Position numbers and translations under genes: made by a program
Origin: Thermoanaerobaculia bacterium
Lineage (GTDB): Bacteria; Acidobacteriota; Thermoanaerobaculia; Multivoradales; JAGPDF01
Direction: 5' to 3'
DNA: 64,000 bases
Assembly: GCA_963806165.1 (NCBI GenBank)
Contig: CAWDWZ010000005.1
Location: forward strand, 12,394-76,393
In this document: in pieces, positions 28,601-37,600 of the stretch
Layout: every line of letters starts with the position of its first letter
How positions within the stretch are numbered: the stretch's first letter is position 1
Notes under the pieces: generated by a model
Database searches by the model: none
Seen by the model: the letters and a program-made list of their open reading frames with translations, nothing else
Told to the model about the DNA's origin: nothing

Positions 28601-31600
28601 GTAGACGAAATCGCCGCCGGTCGCCGGACCGAAGGCGCCGTCGGGATCCGGGGCGATCGCGACGCCCTGCGGCGCGTCGAGGCCGGTCACGCCGCCGGCA
28701 CCGTCCACTTCCGCCTCGACGAAGGCGAGCGCCGAGGTCGCGACGCAGCTCCACGACGGATCTTCGAAGATCGCCGGGAAGAGGTCCTCGATCGCAGCGT
28801 TCGACAGGTCGCTGGGACCGGCGTTCGACAGCGTGATGGTGTAGGTCACCGGCAGCCCGGGAATCGCCTCGGTCTGGCCGTCGTCCTTGGTCAGCGTCAG
28901 ATCGACCACGGGGGTGAGCTGAGCACCATGCACCACCACGTTGTTGCTCGGATCGGTGTCCACGACGTCGTCGGGCGCGAGGACCCGCGCGGTGTTGAAG
29001 AGCGTGCCCGTGGCCGCCGGGGAGAGCTCCGCCGAGAGCGCGTAGACCAGCGAGCCGCCCGCGACGACATCGACGGTGTCGGCGATCGAGCCGAATCCCG
29101 AGGCGGTGCAGCGGGAGCCGTCGCCCCGCCGGAGCAGCGCCAGCGCGTCTTCGCCGGCACCCGCGCCGTAAACCTGCGCGCCATCGGGTGAGATGGCGAC
29201 CGCCCGGACGCCGCCCAGTCCGTCGATGCCGCCGGCGCCGTCGAAGACCGCCGGGAGCGGCGTGAGGGCGCCGGTCAACGCGTTGCGCGCGAAGACCGCT
29301 ACACCTGAGTCGGTCTCGCCCGAGACGTAGACGTGCTCGCCGTCCGGACTGACGGCGACACCCGAGGCGCCGGCGAGGCCGTCGGCTCCGCCGAGGCCGT
29401 CGAACTTCGCCTCGACGAAGGTCAGGGCGCCGGTGGCCGCGTTGCGACTGAAGACCGCGACGGCGTTGTCGACCGAGCCCGCGACATAGAGATGACGGCC
29501 GTCGTCCGAGAAGGCGAGGGCACGTGCCCCGTTCAGGCCGTCGACTCCGCCCACCCCGTCCTTCTGGGCTTCGACGAACGTGAGCAGGCCGGTCACCGCG
29601 CTGCGGCTGAAGACGGCGATCCCGTCGTCGGTCTCGCCGGCCACGTAGACGTGCGCGCCATCGGGGCTGACCGCGACCGCCGCGGCGCCCGCGAGGCCGT
29701 CCAGAGTGAGCGGCGGCTGCGCGGTGCCATCGACGCGGATGCCGAGATAGGTCAGCTGCCCGGTCACGGCGCTGCGCGCGAAGATGCCGACTCCGTTGTC
29801 GCTGCGCGCCGCGGTGTAGAGATGCTTGCCGTCGGGCGAGAGGGCCGCGCCGCGGACGTTGCCGAGGCCGTTGACCCCGGCCACGCCGTCACGCAGGAAC
29901 TGCACGAAGGCGAGATCTCCGGTCACCGCCTGGCGCTGGAAGACGGCGACGGCGTCGTCGAGCTCGCCAGTGACATAGACGTGCAGGTCGTCGGGGCTGA
30001 CTTCGACGTCCGAGGCTCCGCGCAATCCGTCGATCGCGCCGGTGACAGCGCAGCCCGCATCGCGCACGGCGTCGCCGTCGACCGCGAGTCCGGTGAACTT
30101 CACCGTGCCGTTTCGAAGGTCGCGGCGGAAGATCGCGACCGCGTTGTCGTTGGCTCCGGCGACGTAGACATTGAGCCCGTCGGAGGGCACCGCGACGGCG
30201 CGGGCGCCGTCCAGGCCGTTCACCGCAGGGATCGGCGGCAGCGCACAGGCGGGCGAGATGTCGTCGATGTCGTCGCCGTCATGCACGGCGGCGACCGGCG
30301 GCAAGGGGAACAGCAGCCCCGGCACCGGCGCGGCGACGCAGCTCCAGACCGCGTTGGAGAGCACTTCGGGCAGGACGTCGCTCACCGTGGCGCCCTGCAC
30401 GTCGGAAAGGCCGTCGTTGTCGACCCGGATCTCGTAGTGGATCGTCGTTCCCGGCACCAGGTCGGTGACCTCCGTCGCCACGCAATCCAGCGGATCGCTG
30501 CAGGCGATCTTGGCGATTCGCAGGTCGGCCTTGCGTTCGAGCTCCGTGTCGCCGTCAGTGGCGCTGTTGTTCGCCGGTGCGAGCTCGATGAAGCCGTTCG
30601 GCGCCGCGACCGTGGCGGTATTCACGATCGTGCCGGTGACCCCCGGCTTGATGGTGCCCGTGGCGGTGATCAGAAGCTTGCTGCCGGCGGGCAGACGCAC
30701 CGGCTTGTCGACCAGGTCTCCGACTCCCGTGGAGCCGTTGAGACAGGTGGCCGAGCCCGCCAGGCTGAAGCACTCCCAGGCGATGTTCTCGAGGTCGCCC
30801 GGGAAGACGTCGGTTACCAGGGCGCCCTTGATGCCGCTCGGCCCGTGGTTCGTGACCACGATGTCGTAGCTCAGGACGTCGCCCGGAGCCACCGTGCCGT
30901 CGCCGTTGCGGTCTTTTTCGACGAACGCGAGCGCACCCGTGCCGGTGAGGCTGCCGCTGTCCCAGTCGCGGGTGAAGGTCACGACGGCATCGTCCGCGGC
31001 GCCCGCCGCATAGATGTGCCGGGCGTCCGGGCTGGCGAGCAGGGCGACTGGCCCGGTGAGCCCGTCCACCCCCGCCTGTCCCTGACGTGCGGCACTGATG
31101 AAGGTCAGGGCGCCGGTGCCCGCGTCGCGCGTGAAGACGGCGACGGCATCTTCGCCGCGTCCGGCGACGTAGACATGCTGCCCGCCCGGATCCGAGCCGA
31201 CTGGATCGGGCGAGACGAGAATGGCGGCAGCTCCCTGCAGGCCGTCGACTCCGGCGGCGCCGTCGACATAGGCGGCGACGAAGGTGAGCTTGCCGAAGTC
31301 CGGACTTCCGCTGTCGGAGTTGCGCGCGAAGTGCGCGACTGCGTTGCCCGTCCCGCCGGCGACGTAGACCTGCCCGCCGTCCGGAGAGATCGCCGCGCCG
31401 CGGGCGCCGGCGAGTCCGGAGACACCGGCCACGCCGTCGCGGTGGAGCTCGACGAAGGTCAGAGACCCGGTCCCGGCGTCGCGGGCGAAGACCGCCACGG
31501 CGTTGTCGGCCTCGCCGACGACGTAGAGGTGGGCGCCGTCGGGCGAGAGAACGAGTCCGCGCGCCAGGTTGAGTCCGTCGACGCCATCGACGCCGTCGCG

Positions 31601-34600
31601 GACCTCACCCAGGAAATCGAGCTTGCCGAAGGTCGGGCTCGCCGCGACGTTGTCGCGGCCGAAGATCGCCACCGAGCTCGAGCCGGCCGCGGCGGCGTAG
31701 AGGTGCTTGCCATCGCCCGACAGCGCGAGACCGTCGGGGCCGAGAAGGCCGGTGACGCCGCCGAATCCGTCGCGCTCGAGCTCGAGCAGGGAGAGCTCGT
31801 TGGTCGCTGCGTCGCGGGCAAAAGCGACTACGGCGTTGTCGGCCGAGCCCGCGACGTAGACCTGAGCGCCGTCTCCGGAGACCACCACCGCCGCCGCCCC
31901 GTTCAGACCGTCGACGCCGGCGATGCCGTCGCGCTCGGACTCGACGAAGGTGAGCGCGCCGGTCGCCGGGGTGCGGGTGAAGGCGGCAACGCCGTCCCCG
32001 AGCAGGCCCGTGGCGTAGACCCCGATGCCGTCGGGGCTCGCCGCGAGGGCCGAAGCTCCGGCCAGGCCGCGCAGCACCGAGATGTGGTCGGTCTTGGTGA
32101 TTTCGAGATCGGCGCGCGGCGAAAGATCGTCGGTGTCCGTCGTGGTGTTGTCGCTGGTATCCGAGTCGGTCGCAGCGCTCACCGTCGCGGTGTTGACGAG
32201 ATCGATCGCCGTGCACGGGTAGACCTGGCAGAGCTCCGGATCAACCTGGCCGGTCACCTGATAGACGACCTTGCTGTGCGCAGCGATATTGACCACGTCG
32301 TCGAGCAGGATGTCGGGGAGGGTAAAGTCCGAGCCGCTCGAGCAGGAGGAATCGGTGGGCCGGCGGAAGAGCGCCAGAGCGTCGTCCACCGGACCCGCGA
32401 CCACCACCGTCCCGCCGTCGGGCGAAAGGGCGACGTCGGCGGAGCCGGCGAGTCCGTTCACCGCGCCGGAGCCGTCGCGCTCGGCGTCGACGAAGGTCAG
32501 CCGCCCGAAGTCGGCGGCGTCGCGGCGGAAGATCCCGAGCGCGTTCTCGCCCGAGCCGGCGGCGTAGAGGTGGAAGCCGAGGCCGCCGTCGCCGCTCACC
32601 GCGAGGGCGGAGACGCCGGCGATGCCCTCCGCGCCGCCCACGCCGTCGCGCACCACCTGCCTGAAGGTGAGCGTGCCCAGCAACGGGTCGCGGGTGAAGA
32701 CGGCGATCGCGTTGTCGCCCGAGCCCGCGACATAGACGTTCAAGTCGTCCGGCGAGACCACCACGCTGCGGGGCACGGCGAGACCGTCCACACCGCCCAC
32801 GCCGTCCGACTTGTTCTGCGCGAAGACGAGCATGCCGGTCCCCGGATCGCGGTCGAAGACCACGACCGCGTCGTCGTTCTCGCCCGTGGCATAGACCCAC
32901 TCGCCGTCGAAGCTCACCGCGACCGAGCTCGCGCCGGCGAGGCCCGCGACATCGCCGACGCCGTTGACCAGCGTCTGGACGAAAGTCAGGGCACCGGTCG
33001 CCGGATTGCGATCGAAGACGGTCACCGCGTTGCTGTTGGCGGCGGCGACGTAAAGGCTGTCGCCGGCTGGATCCATCGCCAGGGCGACCGGCTCGTCGAG
33101 GCCGGCCACGGCCGGTGACTGCTGAACTTCGAGGAGGGTGAGTCCACCGAACGTGACGCTCAAGGGATTGTCGTCACGGCTGAAGACCGCCACCGCGTCG
33201 TCCACCTGGCCGGCCACGTAGACATTCTTGCCGTCCGGCGAGACCAGGACGTCGGTCGCGCCGTTCAGGCCGTCGACTCCCGCCACGCCGTCGAAATAGG
33301 CGGCCACGAAAGCAAGCGTGCCGCCGGCGCCGTCGAGCCGGAAAGCCGCGAGCGAATCTCCTCCCAGACCGGTGGCGTAGACGTGCTCGCCGTCCGGACT
33401 GACCGCCACGGACTTCGCTCCGACGAGACCGCTGATCGTCTGCGGCCCGGGCAGAACCTCGCCTTCGACGTAGGCAGCGAGGAAGGTGAGCGTGCCCGAG
33501 GGCGCCGCGACGCAGGTCCAGGTCGCGCCGGTCGGGAAGATATTCGTCAAGTCGTCGTGCACCGCGGCGGCGACCACGTTGCTCGGCCCGTCGTTGCTGA
33601 CCGTGATCGTGTAGGTGATCTCCGATCCAGGGACCGCGACATTGTCGCCGTCGCTCTTCGCGATCCGCAAGTCGGTGCGCGGCGCGAGGGTGTCGATGTC
33701 GCGGCAGCCGTTGTTGTCCGTGATCGCCGGCGGGACGGAGTTGTCGGTGCAGACCCCAGGCGGATGCAACCCGTTCGAGTCCGGACCCGGCTCCTGGATC
33801 GCGACGGGAACGATGACGTGGGCCTCGTTGACGAGCTCGCCGGTGGCGCCCGGGTCGATCGTCGCTTTGACGGTGTAGACGACCTGGCCGCCGGCGGCGA
33901 TTTCGACTTCGGTGTCGAGCAGCGTGCCGACGCCAGCGCCGGTGCAGCGCGAGCCCGAAGCGCGCCGGAAGAGGGCGATGGCGTTGTCTCCGAAGCCCGC
34001 GACGTACGCCTCGCGGCTGTTCGCCGAGATCGCGATGCCGAAGGCCTGGTCGATGCCGTCGACACCGTTCTGGCCGTCGAAGGCCGCCTCGACGAAAACC
34101 AGCGTGCCGCCCGTCGCCTCGCGCGCGAAAACCGCCACGGCATCGTCGTCTTCGGCGGCGACATAGACCTGCTTGCCGTCCGGGCTCACGGCGACGGCGC
34201 GCGCCCCGTTCAGTCCGTCGACCCCCCCGACCCCGTCCTTGAAGCTCTGCAGCAGGGTGAGCTTGCCGAAGTCGTCGCTCGCCGGCTCGACGTTGCGCTC
34301 GAAGACCAGCAGGGCGTCGGCGGTGTGCGCGGTGACATAGAGATTGCGGCTGCCGTTGGTGTCTCCGGGGTCGTTGCTCGCCGCGATCTCCATCGCGCGG
34401 TCGAGATCCGGGATCCCGTCCACGACCTGGATCTCGGTGACGCGCCCGAAGTTGGCGGCATCTCCGCTGTTGGTGTTGCGGGAGAACACCACGACGTCGT
34501 CGTCCACCGAGGCGGTGACGTAGACATCCTTGTCGTCCGAAGAGAGCGTCAGTCCCTGGGCACCCTGGAGGCCGACGATGCCCCCGACGCCGGCGATCTT

Positions 34601-37600
34601 GCTCTCCTTGAAGGTGAGATGCCCGTTGAGGGCGTTGCGGCTGAAGACCGCGAGCGAGCCTGGCGTGCGGCCCACCGCGTAGACGTGGCTGCCATCCGAG
34701 CTCACCGCGACGTCGCTCGCTCCGAAGAGTCCGCTTACCCCCGCCTGACCCTCACGGTGCAGCTCGGTGAAGGAGACCTCGCCGGTCGTCGGGTTGCGCT
34801 CGAAGACGGCGAGCGCGTTGTCGCCCGCGACCAGCGACTGGCTGACGACGTAGATGTTGTTGTCGAAGACCGCCAGCGCCGACGCGCCGTCGAGGCCGTC
34901 GACCCCGCCGGTGCCGTCCTGCAGCCGGTTGATGAAGGTGAGCTCGCCGGTCACCGGGTCGCGCGCGAAGGCGACGATCGAACCGCGCTCCAGCGCGTCG
35001 CCGTAGCTCACGGCATAGAGGAACGGGCCGACCACGGCGACTTCGGTCACCGCTTTGAGACCGCTGACCCCGCCGATGCCGTTGACGACCGGCGCGGGCG
35101 GATTGCTGCCCGGCTGACCGCCAAAGAACGCGAACGAAGGCGGCGCGCCGGCCCGGACGAAGACCGTGAGGGCGCTGTCGTTCCGCGCGGCCAGGTAGAC
35201 GTTGGCGCCCGCCGGATCGAGCGCCAGTGCGCCGGCGCCGTCGAGGCTCGTTACCAGGCAGGGATTCGGCTGGACGCAGGCCGAGGAGGCACCGTCCCGG
35301 TGCACCTCGACGAACTTGAGACTGCCGGTTGCGGCATTCCTCTGAAAGACGACGACGGCGTCGCTGTCCTGGCTCGCCAGGTAAAGGTGCTGGCCGTCGG
35401 GGCTGACCACCGACTGACGGGCCCCGTCGAGACCGGTCGCTGCCCCACCCAGACCGGACGCCTCGCCCTCGTGGCGCTCGGAGAGGAAAGTGAGCTTGCC
35501 GAAGTTCAGCGCATCGCTCTCGGTGGTGTTGCGGCTGAACACCGAGACGGCGTCGTCGACCGCAGACGCGACGTAGGCGAAGGCGCCATCGGGTGAAAGC
35601 TCGATGCCCGCGGCCCCGGCGAGCCGGGTCCCTCCGGCCGCCTCGTCCTTCAAGACCTGCAGGAAGGTGAGCTTGCCGAAGTCGGCCGAGCCGGTGTCGG
35701 TTTCACGCACGAAAACCGCCACGGCACCGTCGACGCCGCCGGTCACATAGACGTGCCGGCCGTCCGGGCTGACGCTGGCGCTGTTTGCGCCGTCGAGTCC
35801 GTCGACCCCACCGGCGCCGTCCTTCAACACCTGGAGCCAGGAGAGCCGGCCCGAGAGGGAAGCGTCCCGCTGCAGCACCGCCACCGAGTCCTCGCTCGGG
35901 CTCACGACGTAGAGGTGCTTGCCATCCGGAGAGAGCGCCAGGTCCTGGGCGCCGTCGAGACCGTCGACGGTGCCGGTGGTCTGAACGTCGCCCTGCGCGA
36001 CGACCTCGATGTAGGTCGGCTGCCCGGTCCCCGAGTTGCGGGTGAAGACGGCGACCTTGTCGTCGCTTTCCCCCGCGACGTAGATGTTCAGTCCGTCTGG
36101 ACTGACCACGAGCCCGCTCGCACCGGCGAGTCCGTCGACGAGCAGGAAGCCCTGGGTGGTGTTGTCGAGGAGCTTCCCGAGGTAAGTGAGCGCGCCATCC
36201 GCGTCGGCGCGGTGGAAGGTGGTGAGCGCACCCTCCGTGAATCCGGTGGCGTAGACGAAGTTCCCCCCGGTGCCCGGACCGATGCCATCGGGATCCGGCG
36301 CCATGGCCAGGTCGCGAGTGTCGGCGAGGCCGGTGAGCAGGCCGAGATCGGTCGTCGAGTTCTGGCGCTGCTCCTCGAGGAAGGTCAAGGTCCCCAGCGC
36401 CGGGGCTTCGGCGTCGCAGGTCCACGAGACGTTGCGCAGCGCAGCCGGGAAGTTGTCGGTCACCTGGAGAAGCTGGGCGTCATCCGGTCCGGTGTTGAAC
36501 ACCGTGATGCTGTAGGTGATCGCCTCGCCCGGCACCGCCTGCGTCGTGCCGTCGGTCTTGATGATCGCGATGTCCGTATGGGCCTCGAGCACGACCTGGA
36601 CGCTCGATGTGTTGTTGCCGATGGTCGGATCGAAGACGCCGCTCGGAACGACCACCTTGGCGACGTTCGAGAGCACACCCGACGACGGCGACGCGACCAC
36701 CATGCCGGAGACGTGGAAGGTCGCCTGGCCCGCTCCGGCGCAGGTCGTGGGATTCCCGCCGTCGAGGTCGACCGCGGCGTTCAAGTTCCCCGCGCCGCTC
36801 GGCGGACAGCTGCCGCTCGACGCCGTGCAGGTCCAGGTCGCGCCGGTGAAGTCGGCCGAGAAGGTGTCCTGCACGAGGGCCCCGGCGACGTTGCTCGGAC
36901 CGCAATTGCGGACCACGATTTGGAAGTCGAGCGGCGCGCCCGCTGCGATCGACCCTGCCGGCGTCAGCACCGACTTCGCGATCGAGAGCTCGGCTTTGGG
37001 TGAGATGGGAACTTCGACGGTGGCGGAGTGATCGCCGGTCGTCGGGTCGATGAAGGTCGCCGGCATCGTCGCCGACCCGGTGTTCGTGGCGCAGTTGCCG
37101 GTCAGGGGGAGAGTGCATGCCGTCCCCACGGCGTTCGTCGCGATGGTCACCTGGATCGTGTAAGTGACCGTGCCGCCGGCCGGGAGATTCACGTTGCCGG
37201 CCTGACTGATGTTGCCGGTGCCGGAAGACGGGGAGCCGCAGACCGCTCCGCCCTGGCCCACGCAACTCCAGCTCACCGCCGAATAGTCGGCGCTGGTGAG
37301 ACCGGAGTCGGTCACCGAGGCGCCGCTCACCGAAGCCGGTCCGGAGTTGCTCACCGCGAGGGTGTAGACCACCGACTCGCCGGGCACGGCCGAGGTCGGA
37401 TTGGCGCTCTTCGTGACCGTGAGGTCGGCCTCGAGACCGATCGGATCGCTGTCGGTGGAGCTGTCGTTGGCGGAGTTGCCGTCGACACCGGCCGGGGCGG
37501 CGATCGTCGCCGTGTTGACCAGTGTTCCGCTGGCGCTGTTCGCGACCACCGCGGTCGCGGTGTAAATGGCGAAGCTCTGTGCCGGCAGCGCCACCGACTG